This document shows positions 26,321-35,776 of a DNA stretch of 64,000 nucleotides, in pieces. The stretch lies in NCBI GenBank assembly GCA_041912175.1, contig JAYRNN010000015.1, positions 4,043-68,042 of the forward strand. The letters are read 5' to 3'. Position 1 is the stretch's first letter. Each line of letters starts with the position of its first letter. This DNA comes from Anaerolineales bacterium (lineage in GTDB: Bacteria; Chloroflexota; Anaerolineae; Anaerolineales; UBA4823). The position numbers were made by a program, and so were the translations under genes. A model generated the notes under the pieces. It saw only the letters and a list, made by a program, of their open reading frames with translations. It did no database searches and had not been told where the DNA came from.

Positions 26321-27592
26321 TCATTCTCTCACTTGATAGTCTCCTTCAATCACCCATTTGTATGTCGTTAACTCACGCAGACCCATCGGACCCCGCACGT
26401 GCAGGCGCTGCGTAGAGATGGCAGCTTCAGCGCCCAGGCCAAGTTGACCGCCATCCGTAAAGCGCGTGCTGGCATTGACATACACCGCTGCCGAGTCGAC
26501 TTCGGCGATGAAGCGCCGGGCGTTCTCGGCGACGCCGGTCAGGATGCCATCCGAATGAGCGGTGCTGTGCAAGGCGATGTGCTCGATCGCCTCATCCAGG
26601 CTTTCAACGACTTTGATCCCCAGCACCAGCGATAGCCATTCAGTATCAAAGTCATCCACTCCGGCAGGCTGGAGCCCGGTGGCCAGCGGTTCTCCAGCTT
26701 CATCGATCAAGTATGGCCAGGCGGTTGGCGCGGCTCGAAAGCTCACCCCGCTCTGCGCCATGTCCTTGACCAATGCGGGCAGAAAGCGCCCGGCGATAGC
26801 CCGGTGCACCAGCACGGTGTCCAGGGCGTTGCACACGGAGGGGCGCTGCACCTTGGCGTTGTGGATCACCGGCAGTGCAGCTGACAGGTCGGCGTTTTCA
26901 TCCACATATAAGTGGCAGATGCCAATCCCGCCGGTGATGACCGGTATACGACTGTTTTCACGGCAGAACTCGTGCAGCGCCGCGCCGCCGCGCGGGATTA
27001 GCAGGTCGATATATTGGTGCAATTGCATCAGCTCCAAGACCAGTGATCGCTCGGAGCTGTCGATGAATTGAACCATGTCAGGCGGCAGGCCGTTCTCCTC
27101 CAGCGCCTGTCGCGTCGCGCCTACCAGCGCCCGGTTGGAGGCCAGGGTCTCGCTTCCGCCGCGTAGGATCACGGCATTGCCGGTCTTGATCGCCAGTCCG
27201 GCCACGTCGATGGTCACGTTCGGGCGCGCTTCATAGATCACTGCCAGTACGCCCAGGGGGACACGCTGTTTGTGGACGTGCAGGCCGTTGGGGAGGGTCT
27301 GAGCTTCGAAGACCTCGCCGACCGGGTCGGGTAGTTCCGCCAGGCTGTGCAAGTCTGCTGCCATGCCTGCCAGGCGCTGTGGATTGAGCGTCAGCCGGTC
27401 GAGCAAGGCGGTGTTCAGGCCGGCGCTGCTTGCCTGCGCCAGGTCTAAGGCGTTGGCCTGCAAAATCTCAGGACTATATTCACCGAGTAAACCGGCCAGG
27501 CTCAAGAGAGCAGCGCGTTTCTGTTCGCTGGCGGCGCGCGCTGCGTGGCGAGCCGCCAGGCGGGCGCGTTGGCCTATTTCATTCAGGTTCAT
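26321..27592 (-). CDS. proA: Gamma-glutamyl phosphate reductase
   Basis: 423 aa, aldehyde-dehydrogenase fold. It has VIYEARPNVT, HSTAHSDGI and the catalytic-Cys context PSVCNALDTVLVH. It overlaps proB by 4 nt. Confidence 0.92.
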   Translation of the reverse strand: MNLNEIGQRARLAARHAARAASEQKRAALLSLAGLLGEYSPEILQANALDLAQASSAGLNTALLDRLTLNPQRLAGMAADLHSLAELPDPVGEVFEAQTLPNGLHVHKQRVPLGVLAVIYEARPNVTIDVAGLAIKTGNAVILRGGSETLASNRALVGATRQALEENGLPPDMVQFIDSSERSLVLELMQLHQYIDLLIPRGGAALHEFCRENSRIPVITGGIGICHLYVDENADLSAALPVIHNAKVQRPSVCNALDTVLVHRAIAGRFLPALVKDMAQSGVSFRAAPTAWPYLIDEAGEPLATGLQPAGVDDFDTEWLSLVLGIKVVESLDEAIEHIALHSTAHSDGILTGVAENARRFIAEVDSAAVYVNASTRFTDGGQLGLGAEAAISTQRLHVRGPMGLRELTTYKWVIEGDYQVRE

Positions 27593-28737
27593 TCGTCTAC
27601 TCCTGCCTTGCGTTCCAAGAGCACCATATTGTTGCGGTGGATCACTTCATCGCCATAGGCAAAACCTAACAGGGTTTCGATTTCATCCGAACGTCGGCCG
27701 AGTATGTTCTGCACATCGTCGGCGGTGTAATTGACCAGACCGCGCGCGATCTCTCGCCCCAACGGCCCGACCACACGCACCCGGTCGCCGCGCTCGAAAC
27801 TGCCTGAAACGCCAACCACACCGACCGGCAGCAGGCTGCCGCCGCGTCGCAAGGCTTGCACGGCGCCTGCATCCACATCCAGGCGGCCCTCCGTACGGCT
27901 GCCAGCTAGGATGTAACGCTTGCGGCTTTCCACCTGGCTGCTCACTGGCAGGAAGCGTGTACCAGCCGGTTTGCCGGCGACGATATCAGCCAGGGTTTGC
28001 GGGTCTCCCCCACGCGCAATCACCACAGTTGCGCCGGAGCGGCGCGCCAGGTCAGCCGCTTGTAACTTGGTGAGCATCCCACCGGTACCCAAGCCGCCTG
28101 CTGTGCCGCCAGCCGCTTGCCACAGTGCGGCGGGTATCTCGTCTGCGTCGATCAAGGGCGCCAGCTCGGCGAACGGGTCCAGGCGCGGGTCGGCTGTATA
28201 CAGTCCATCCTGGTCGGTGAGCAGGATTAGCAAGTCGGCTTCGATCAAATTGGCAACCAGGGCGGAAAGGTTGTCATTATCGCCCACGCGGATTTCTTCA
28301 GTGGCGACAGTATCGTTCTCGTTAATAATCGGGATCACACGCTGCGCCAGCAGGGCTTGTAGGGTGTTACGGGCGTTCAGGTAGCGCCGGCGGTCGGCCA
28401 GGTCTGCTCGGGTGAGCAGCACCTGGGCGGCGGTCAGCCCATAAAAGCCAAAGAGTTGCTCGTAACGCGCCATCAAGCGCGGTTGGCCGATGGCGGCCAA
28501 CATCTGCTTGGCTGGGATGTCTTTTGGCAGTTGGGGGAAATGCAGCGCCTCTCGCCCGACAGCGATCGCCCCAGATGAGACGAGCGCCAGCTCCAATCCG
28601 GTGGCGTACAATTCTGAAATCTGCCGCGCCAGGTCCACCAGACGTGGCATGGAGAGGTTAAGCGTCCCGGCGGTCAAGGTGGAGGCGCCAAGCTTGATGA
28701 CAATGCGCGAAAAAGGGGGACCGGCATATGACGGCAT
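27589..28737 (-). CDS. proB: Glutamate 5-kinase with C-terminal PUA domain
   Basis: 382 aa. It has IVIKLGASTLT, VSSGAIAVG, INENDTVATEEIRVGDNDNLSA and a PUA-like tail (GSLLPVGVVGVSGSFERGDRV). Confidence 0.92.
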   Translation of the reverse strand: MPSYAGPPFSRIVIKLGASTLTAGTLNLSMPRLVDLARQISELYATGLELALVSSGAIAVGREALHFPQLPKDIPAKQMLAAIGQPRLMARYEQLFGFYGLTAAQVLLTRADLADRRRYLNARNTLQALLAQRVIPIINENDTVATEEIRVGDNDNLSALVANLIEADLLILLTDQDGLYTADPRLDPFAELAPLIDADEIPAALWQAAGGTAGGLGTGGMLTKLQAADLARRSGATVVIARGGDPQTLADIVAGKPAGTRFLPVSSQVESRKRYILAGSRTEGRLDVDAGAVQALRRGGSLLPVGVVGVSGSFERGDRVRVVGPLGREIARGLVNYTADDVQNILGRRSDEIETLLGFAYGDEVIHRNNMVLLERKAGVDE

Positions 28738-28780
28738 AGTGTATCATATTCGCGGTTAGAATCTCCCCTTAGGATATTAT

Positions 28781-28821
28781 GTAGATCATATGGGCGGCGA
28801 AGCGCCGCCCATATGATCTAC
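28781..28821 (-). terminator. Very stable hairpin (19-bp perfect stem) downstream of the RCC1 gene
   Basis: GTAGATCATATGGGCGGCG-AAG-CGCCGCCCATATGATCTAC. It lies between stop 28835 and the proB start at 28737. No U-tract follows on either strand. Confidence 0.45.
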
Positions 28822-28834
28822 AATTAACACCTGA

Positions 28835-31504
28835 CTATCTTTTCACCAACGCCAGGTAGATGAAATTGTGGACTGAAATACCGGCCGGAACCATGAAGGT
28901 CTGTCCGCCGCCTTCCTGAATTTGCAGCGGGGCAAGCGTGGCGAGTGTGAAATGGGTCGCGACGCTGGTATTAACACTGACTGTGTAGCTGCCTGGCTCG
29001 GCGCCGCTGGCGTTCAAGAAGAAGAGGAAGCTGCCGGTCGGATTGACCGCCAGGGAGCTTGCGATCACCACGCCGTTGATGGTCAGGGTTCCGAGCGTGC
29101 TGGGTGGGAAGCTCCAGCCAGTGAGGGTGAAGAAGCTGCCTGGCTGGCCATCTGGATAATTGATGGTCAGGGTAGGCAGGACGCTCTCAACCACGCTCAC
29201 GGGCGTCAAACGCGGCGTGATTCTGCCGGCGCCCAATTGACCATACCGATCTGGCCCCCAGCATTTTGCCCGGCCTGCGCCGGCCAGCGCGCAAGTGTGA
29301 TATCCACCTGTGATGGCCATTGTATTGCTGGCCAAACCGACTACATCCACTGCTGTGCTGCGATCTATCGTTGTGCCATCGCCCAACCAGCTGTTGTCGT
29401 TATTCCCCCAGCACTTGGCCGCGCCGCCTGCCGCCAGGGCGCAGGTGTGGGAGTGAGCGGTATAAATGTCAGTTACGCCGCTGGTCAGGCCGGCGACGTC
29501 CACCGGAGTGCTACTATCTGTTGTCGTCCCGTCGCCTAACTGGCCAGAATAGTTGTCTCCCCAGCATTTTGCTGCGCCGCCTGCAGCTAGGGCGCAGGTG
29601 TGAAATCCGCCGGCTGCGATGGCGGTCACGCCGCTGGCTAAACCAACCACATCCACTGGTGTGCTGTGCGGGGTCGTTGTGCCATCGCCTAATTGACCAT
29701 CCGAATTTTCCCCCCAGCACTTAGCCGCCCCGCCTGCTGCCAAGCCACATGTGTGAGATCGGCCAGCGTCGATGGCTGTCACGCCGCTGGACAGCCCAAC
29801 CACATCTACCGGTGTGCTGCGCTGTTCGGTTGTACCATCACCCAACTGACCACTCCAGTTCCATCCCCAGCACTTGACCGCCCCACCTGCTGCCAGCGCG
29901 CAGGTGTAATCATAGCCTGCTGAAATGGCGGTTACGCCGCTGGATAGCCCGTACACGCCCACTGGTGTGCTGCTATCTGTTGTCGTGCTATTTCCTAACT
30001 GGCCGGACGCGTTCCGTCCCCAGCATTTGACCGCCCCTCCGGTGGTCAATGCGCAGGTATGACCCCAGCCTGCACTGATAGCGGTCACGCCGCTGGACAG
30101 CCCGACCACATTCGCAGGCAAGCTGTGATTTGTCGTAGTGCCATCGCCCAATTGGCCGTAATTATTCCATCCCCAGCACTTGACGCCGCCGCTGACCAAG
30201 GCGCAGGTGTGATCACGGTTGGCGACGATTTCCGTTACGTTTCCGGGCAGACCAAACACATCTGCCGGTATACTGCGCTCAATTAGCGCGCCATCGCCCA
30301 ACTGTCCATACCCGTTATCTCCCCAGCATTTCGCTGCGCCGCCTGCTGTCAGCGCACAGGTGTGGTAGGAACCCGCAACCATCCCTGTCACGCCGCTGGA
30401 TAGCCCAACTACACCCACCGGGATATTACGACTGGTTGCTGTGCCATCACCCAATTGACCGTACCCGTTATTTCCCCAACACTTCGCAGCGCCGCCGGCG
30501 GCCAGCGCACAGGTATGATAATCGCCTAGTTCGATAGCCGTCACACCACTGGTCATCCCAACCACACTCACGGGTGTGCTGCTCTCTGTTGTCGTGCCAT
30601 CGCCCAACTGGCCATAATAGTTATATCCCCAACATTTCGCCGCACCGCCTGCCGCCAGCGCACAAGTGTGGTGGAAACCTGCCGCGATCGCCGTGACGCC
30701 GCTGGACAGCCCAACCACGTTCACAGGCGATGTCTGCTGGTTTGTCGTTCCGTCGCCCAATTGGCCATGATTATTATCTCCCCAGCATTTGGCTGAACCG
30801 CCCGTCGCTATTGCACAGGTGTGAGCCCTACCGGCGGTGATCGTGGTGATACCACTGGCCAATCCGACCACATTAACCGGCGTGTTGTGCTCGGTCGTTG
30901 TGCCATCGCCCAATTGGCCATTACCATTCGCTCCCCAACACTTCGCTGCGCCGCCTGCAGCCAATGCACAAGTGTGGTAGAAACCTGCCGCGATCGCCGT
31001 GACGCCGCTGTCCAGCCCAACCACGTCTAGCGGTGTGCTGTTTACTTCAGAGTATCCGCCATTGCCCAACTGACCATTATCATTATTTCCCCAGCATTTC
31101 ACCGCCCCACCTGCAGCTAGTGCACAGGTATGATCTCCATTTACGGTTATAGCGGTCACACCGCTGGCTAGACCGACCACGCCTACCGGCGCGCTGCGCT
31201 GCGTTGTCGTGCCGTCGCCTAACTGACCATAGTAATTAAGCCCCCAGCACTTCACCCCGCCGCCGGTAGTCAGCCCACAGGTGTGAGATCGGCCAGCGGC
31301 GATGGCCGTAAAGCTGAGCGCTGTGGTGAAATCGGGCGCTTCGAGGGCGCCGGGTTGGGCGGGAAGCAGGTTCGGCTGGCTCAAGGGCTCGGGTAGGCCA
31401 GTTGCGGATGCGGTCGCCGGAATCGTACTCCAGCTTGCCAGGAGCAGCAAACAGCCGGCTAAACCAATTCGAGATACAATGCGAAGCCAAAGTTTGTGGT
31501 TCAT
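28835..31504 (-). CDS. Secreted RCC1-repeat protein (14 blades, two predicted 7-bladed beta-propellers) with a 117-aa C-terminal domain
   Basis: The start was moved to MNHKLWLRIV (ATG 31504, GGAGGG 6 nt upstream). It has a signal peptide ending PATASA and 14 copies of the unit HTCAL..GG..KCWG.N..GQLGDGTT....PV.VVGL.SGVTAI.AG. Confidence 0.88.
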   Translation of the reverse strand: MNHKLWLRIVSRIGLAGCLLLLASWSTIPATASATGLPEPLSQPNLLPAQPGALEAPDFTTALSFTAIAAGRSHTCGLTTGGGVKCWGLNYYGQLGDGTTTQRSAPVGVVGLASGVTAITVNGDHTCALAAGGAVKCWGNNDNGQLGNGGYSEVNSTPLDVVGLDSGVTAIAAGFYHTCALAAGGAAKCWGANGNGQLGDGTTTEHNTPVNVVGLASGITTITAGRAHTCAIATGGSAKCWGDNNHGQLGDGTTNQQTSPVNVVGLSSGVTAIAAGFHHTCALAAGGAAKCWGYNYYGQLGDGTTTESSTPVSVVGMTSGVTAIELGDYHTCALAAGGAAKCWGNNGYGQLGDGTATSRNIPVGVVGLSSGVTGMVAGSYHTCALTAGGAAKCWGDNGYGQLGDGALIERSIPADVFGLPGNVTEIVANRDHTCALVSGGVKCWGWNNYGQLGDGTTTNHSLPANVVGLSSGVTAISAGWGHTCALTTGGAVKCWGRNASGQLGNSTTTDSSTPVGVYGLSSGVTAISAGYDYTCALAAGGAVKCWGWNWSGQLGDGTTEQRSTPVDVVGLSSGVTAIDAGRSHTCGLAAGGAAKCWGENSDGQLGDGTTTPHSTPVDVVGLASGVTAIAAGGFHTCALAAGGAAKCWGDNYSGQLGDGTTTDSSTPVDVAGLTSGVTDIYTAHSHTCALAAGGAAKCWGNNDNSWLGDGTTIDRSTAVDVVGLASNTMAITGGYHTCALAGAGRAKCWGPDRYGQLGAGRITPRLTPVSVVESVLPTLTINYPDGQPGSFFTLTGWSFPPSTLGTLTINGVVIASSLAVNPTGSFLFFLNASGAEPGSYTVSVNTSVATHFTLATLAPLQIQEGGGQTFMVPAGISVHNFIYLALVKR
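29190..31312 (-). repeat. Coding tandem repeat (14 units of about 150-156 bp) inside the RCC1 gene
   Basis: The peptide unit repeats 14 times (14 CWG motifs counted). The DNA copies are diverged but clearly periodic. Confidence 0.85.
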
Positions 31505-31745
31505 CTTAGTCCCTCCATATGCTGAAACTGATTTTTTCCCCAACAAAAAAGCCGAAGGAATTGATTGGAGATCCTTCGGCAGCGAAAATGGCGCGGTGGA
31601 GAGTGCCGCCGCTGCGATGAAATAGTTACGCTATAATGGTTATAGCAAAAACAAATGATTTGTCAATTGGCAATTCTATCAACGTCCGCGCAAAAAGATG
31701 CATAAGTCCTTGCTGAAAACGCGGACCCCGTCAGGCTGAGAAACC

Positions 31746-32093
31746 ATGTACGAACACAAGTCTGAGCCGCTCTTACCCCGTCGTCAGTTTTTCTTACGCC
31801 TGCTTCGTCACGCCTGCTTCGCGCTAGGTCTGTTGATGGTCTCGCTCGGAATCGGTGTTTTGGGTTACCATTTTTTCGAGAAGCTATCAATCGTCGACTC
31901 ATTGCTGAACGCATCCATGATCTTGGGGGGGATGGGTCCGGTGAACCTCTTGCAGACTGAGGGAGGCAAGTTATTCGCCTCTTTTTATGCGCTGTTCTCG
32001 GGCATTGTATTCCTGGTGGTGGTGGGAATCATCATCGCGCCTCTAGCACATCGCCTGCTGCATCGACTGCATTTGGAGGAAGGGAGCGATTAG
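31746..32093 (+). CDS. Small 2-TM potassium-channel-like (Ion_trans_2-type) protein with a non-canonical filter
   Basis: 115 aa. The order TM1 (ACFALGLLMVSLGIGVLGY), pore-helix-like SIVDSLLNASMILGGMGP, then GGKLFASFYALFSGIVFLVVVGIII follows the layout s..da.y.s..t.tTvGyGD..p.t..gk.f......G. GGMGP replaces TVGYGD. Confidence 0.45.
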   Translation: MYEHKSEPLLPRRQFFLRLLRHACFALGLLMVSLGIGVLGYHFFEKLSIVDSLLNASMILGGMGPVNLLQTEGGKLFASFYALFSGIVFLVVVGIIIAPLAHRLLHRLHLEEGSD

Positions 32094-32211
32094 GCAATTG
32101 AGCAATCAGATCCTTGAGCGCTGTGACATATGATTGCCAAGACGCCCAACTGCCCCATAACCAAGGAACTTTTCTGCATCGCGCGCCGTCTGGTCCAAGG
32201 AGGGTATTGCG

Positions 32212-33243
32212 ATGAAACACAAGAAATTTCTGGTATGCTTGTTCATTCTGGCCCTGCTGGCAGCCAACATCATTCCCGCCGCGGCTGCCCCGGATATAAA
32301 GGCTATCCGCATCCGTTTCCAGCCTGGCGCTACCTCGGCGGTCACCTCAGGGACGCTTGCCCCCCGCCAGACGCAGGAGTACGTGCTGCGCGCCATGGCG
32401 GGTCAGATTATGCAGGTAGTGGTCTGGCCGAATGCCGGCGCCAGGCTGGCGATCTGGGGGGCGGATGGTACGCAGCTCAAAGCTGACAGCGATGAGCTAG
32501 GCTGGCAGGGAACATTACCCAAAACGCAAGATTATCGCATCCAGGTGACCGCGCGTGGCCAAAATCTGGCCTACTGCTTGCGGACGACCGTTTACGGGCG
32601 CATCCAATTTGAGCGCGGGGCGACAACTGCCGGGGTCTCCAGCCCTACAAGTCGCTGCACGCCGCAAGCGGTTGAGGTGGTAGGCGGTTATGCACTACGC
32701 GCCCTAGCCGGCCAGACAATGCGCGTGGAGATCGACTCGCCCAACCATAACACCTATTTAACGGTTACTGGGGCGGATGGGAAAGCGTTGAAGTATTACG
32801 ATGATTGGAACACAGCCTGGGAGGGTGTTCTGCCTGGGACGCAGGATTACTACCTGCTGCCGGTGTCGGTTGGCAAGGATGCCCGCTTTACGATCAAAAT
32901 ATCGATCAGCCCCATAAACCAACCGGTTGCCACGCGCATTCGTTTCGCGCTGGGCGCTGAATCCGCGACCGTAGATGGACGTCTCGAGCCAGGAGGCCAG
33001 GCCAGTTATGTGCTGTGGGCGGGGCGCGGCCAGCGCATGGAATTGAATATCCGGCCAACCTCAAGCAATACGTCGGTGAAGATCAGTATGAAGGTGATCG
33101 CGCCCAATGGGCAGACTTGGGGCTTCGATTCGTGCGGTGCGATTAATCCACTGCCCATATCTGGCGATTACACCATCACATTAACACAGCGATCGGCAGC
33201 CAGCGCACGCTACACCCTGGAGGTGCGAATTCCGGCCAAATAG
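32212..33243 (+). CDS. Secreted protein with three tandem domains of about 100 aa each
   Basis: Signal peptide MKHKKFLVCLFILALLAANIIPAAAAP. Three units start IRFQPGATSAV..., IQFERGATTAG... and IRFALGAESAT..., and each contains Y.LRA.AGQ.M.V. Confidence 0.7.
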   Translation: MKHKKFLVCLFILALLAANIIPAAAAPDIKAIRIRFQPGATSAVTSGTLAPRQTQEYVLRAMAGQIMQVVVWPNAGARLAIWGADGTQLKADSDELGWQGTLPKTQDYRIQVTARGQNLAYCLRTTVYGRIQFERGATTAGVSSPTSRCTPQAVEVVGGYALRALAGQTMRVEIDSPNHNTYLTVTGADGKALKYYDDWNTAWEGVLPGTQDYYLLPVSVGKDARFTIKISISPINQPVATRIRFALGAESATVDGRLEPGGQASYVLWAGRGQRMELNIRPTSSNTSVKISMKVIAPNGQTWGFDSCGAINPLPISGDYTITLTQRSAASARYTLEVRIPAK

Positions 33244-33581
33244 GACCTGGCTTTCTTCCCCTTATTTCTCAGTATTCTCACAGCCTTTTCTTGGTTTTCT
33301 CACATGTCAGCTCCCGGCGGCGAGGGCGGCCCGCCCCCGGGTGTGCAAGCTGGCAGCGGGCAAACCGCTGCCGGTGGGCAGGCCATTCAGTTAAGGGAAC
33401 GCCCTGCGGGCGGCGATGAACATGGCGCTTCTCTAGGGCGTGGTTTATTCGGGGTGCTGGTCATGCTGGTCAAGATAAGCGGGATCACTTTGCTTATCCT
33501 GCTTGTCCAGAAAGGCTTCGGCCTGCTGATGCGTAAGCCGGTATCCCGGCCAGCATAACTGTCCAATTAAACAGAAATGCT

Positions 33582-35744
33582 TCAGGAGCCGAAACGGTCG
33601 TAGAACATGCGCTCCGTTAATACCAGCCAGATGTTGGAAAAAAGGATCAGCGCCATCACAAACAAGCCGGCGTCACGCAGCCGGCGTAGGTCTTTGGCCG
33701 ATTGGCCTTCGACCAGGTTCTTTAGCGCAACAAATATCGAGAACATAAGCGGAATATAGAGAGTGTACGTAAAGCGTCTTTCGGGGGAAATTGGCGAATA
33801 CCAGACGAAGACCGCCAGGTAGGCTGCGAAATACAACAGGCTGAAACCGACCAGGTAAGCATGCTTCCGGGCTGTTGTCCGGCTGTTTTTAAGGTCGGAC
33901 AGGACGATGACCGCCAGGATGGTTAAAAAGCTCAGGTGGAAGCTGGTCACACTGAACGGATCCAGGATATTGCGCGCCTGTTCCCCAAGGCCAAAACGCA
34001 ACCGCTCCAGTACTTGAGAGGGCGTGTGGGTGCTGAAATAATGCACCAATCCCGGTCGCTCGTCTGCGGGTAAGTCCGTGGGCCAGGCCTCTGTAAAATG
34101 GTAGCGCTCTTCGGCGTCTAAGGCCTGGTTGAGATCGTCATACCAGACATAGACGCTCAGGTTGACATTGTAAAGGTAACTGCCAAAGCGAAGTTTCATG
34201 GCGCGGCTATAAGGGAAAATGACAGCCCCGAAGCACAGCATCAGCAAAAGCAAATATCCCAATCGGCGAAACGTCTCCTGTCGTGCAGACGCTCTCCCGG
34301 TCCGCGATTTGTAAGCGCTCCAAATGCTGACGCCATCTTTTAATAAGTACACGGCTGAAAATACTGCCAGCCCAAGCAAAATCGAGGCTTTTGTCAGGTG
34401 CCCAAGACCCAACACCACCCCGGCGGCTGCCGCCAGAGCCCAGCCTGGGCGAATTAACATCTGCAGCATCAATAAGAATCCGATGAATGCCAGGAAGTAA
34501 AACAAGATTTCTGCTTGCAGGTAGGGGGATTTGAAAATGTAGAGTGAAAAGGCTACGATCAGCGCCAATAGCAACCCCTGGGCGGCTCCCAGGTATCGGC
34601 GAAATACCCACCCCAGGATAAAAAGCAGCAACAGCGATAGGATGATATTGACTTGCTGCCCCCTCCAGAACAGTTGTGCGTCGTTCATGTTCGAACGATA
34701 AAAGAGCGCCTGGAAATATGGATAAAGCGGCATGCGGTTGTGATCGCCGGTGGTGGTGAAGTGTGAGGCGCGCACTTCTTTGATGAATTTCAAATACTCA
34801 CCCTGGTCGGTAAACGTAGGCTGGTAGTTCAATATCCGGGCGTGTGTCGTCGCGGCTTGCCAGTAAAGAACAGCCAGTACGCCTACTCCCAGGATTGCCG
34901 TAACCCAAAGGACGCGCCGCACGAGCTTTTGGCGGGCCGGGCTTGAACGATCCCAAAACAAGAAGCTCAGCAGGGTAATAGATGCAAGCAGGAGAATGAT
35001 CAAAGGGGCAAACGTGGCCAGCCAGGGCAGGCTTGGCCAATATTTGTTGGGTAACACCGCCCACTGTAGCAGGAATAGCACCCAGACCAGCGCTAACAGC
35101 CAGTTCCAGACGGCGCGCTCAGCTCGCGCCTGGTTGGCCAGATAGCGGAAATAGCACAGCGCCGAGATCCCTGTGGCCAGCAGGACCATGTGGGCCAGGG
35201 TGGGTTGGCGGTGGTAGGGGTGGGTCAGGCCAGCGAGCAAGACCGTCTGCATAAACCAGCCAACCGCCATGACGCCGACGGCCAGGGCGATAGCTGCCAG
35301 CCACTTTGGGCGTTCTCGCCGTAGGCTGCCCAGGCTTAACACCAGCCAGGCAGTTGCCATGCTAAACAGGGCGAAAGGAAACAGGCGCAGCAGGATCTGC
35401 TTCAGTTGGTTGTCGCCGGTAAAAATGAGCAGGGCGCAGAAATACTGCCCGAATAAAAGCACCAGGGAAGCCAAGGCGCAGACGGCAGCGCGCAGCCAGG
35501 CAGACTGGAAGCGCTGTCCCAAGGCCTGGTCGAGACGCGTGGCCGTTGCAGAATGCCGGCGTAGATAAAAGGATGAAAAAGACAGCAGAATCCCAACGAA
35601 CAACAAGGAAGCCGCCATCAGCAGACGCGTCGTTGTAAAACCAAAAAGGCGTGCGTTGCTCGCCTCGCGCGGCAGCAGGAGCAGGATTGCCAGGCATGCC
35701 CAGGCGGCGATGGCGGCGTAATGCACGGCTTTGGTGATGTTCAT
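33582..35744 (-). CDS. Polytopic membrane protein, GT39/ArnT/PMT-like glycosyltransferase (tentative)
   Basis: 720 aa with at least 14 hydrophobic segments. The overall architecture and size resemble lipid-carrier-dependent glycosyltransferases, but I saw no crisp motif. Confidence 0.5.
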   Translation of the reverse strand: MNITKAVHYAAIAAWACLAILLLLPREASNARLFGFTTTRLLMAASLLFVGILLSFSSFYLRRHSATATRLDQALGQRFQSAWLRAAVCALASLVLLFGQYFCALLIFTGDNQLKQILLRLFPFALFSMATAWLVLSLGSLRRERPKWLAAIALAVGVMAVGWFMQTVLLAGLTHPYHRQPTLAHMVLLATGISALCYFRYLANQARAERAVWNWLLALVWVLFLLQWAVLPNKYWPSLPWLATFAPLIILLLASITLLSFLFWDRSSPARQKLVRRVLWVTAILGVGVLAVLYWQAATTHARILNYQPTFTDQGEYLKFIKEVRASHFTTTGDHNRMPLYPYFQALFYRSNMNDAQLFWRGQQVNIILSLLLLFILGWVFRRYLGAAQGLLLALIVAFSLYIFKSPYLQAEILFYFLAFIGFLLMLQMLIRPGWALAAAAGVVLGLGHLTKASILLGLAVFSAVYLLKDGVSIWSAYKSRTGRASARQETFRRLGYLLLLMLCFGAVIFPYSRAMKLRFGSYLYNVNLSVYVWYDDLNQALDAEERYHFTEAWPTDLPADERPGLVHYFSTHTPSQVLERLRFGLGEQARNILDPFSVTSFHLSFLTILAVIVLSDLKNSRTTARKHAYLVGFSLLYFAAYLAVFVWYSPISPERRFTYTLYIPLMFSIFVALKNLVEGQSAKDLRRLRDAGLFVMALILFSNIWLVLTERMFYDRFGS

Positions 35745-35754
35745 CTTGGGTTGG

Positions 35755-35762
35755 ATTATAAT
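35755..35762. promoter_or_regulatory. Palindromic ATTATAAT (-10-like on both strands) in a 32-bp divergent intergenic region
   Basis: This element is the only promoter-like sequence between ATG 35744 (minus) and ATG 35777 (plus). It reads TATAAT on both strands, 10-14 nt from each start codon. Confidence 0.3.
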
Positions 35763-35776
35763 CCAGGCTGAATAAT

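Noticed and set aside
29190-31312. Periodic repeats of about 150 bp that could be mistaken for a CRISPR-like or satellite array.
   Set aside because: The repeats are in-frame RCC1 blades within one long ORF. There are no short identical direct repeats with unique spacers and no cas genes anywhere in the window.
33304-33558. 84-aa ORF (Gly/Pro-rich N-terminus, one C-terminal hydrophobic segment) in the gap between the triple-repeat protein gene and the GT39-like gene.
   Set aside because: It has no convincing ribosome-binding site and a low-complexity composition, and I recognise no family. It may be real, but I cannot support it.
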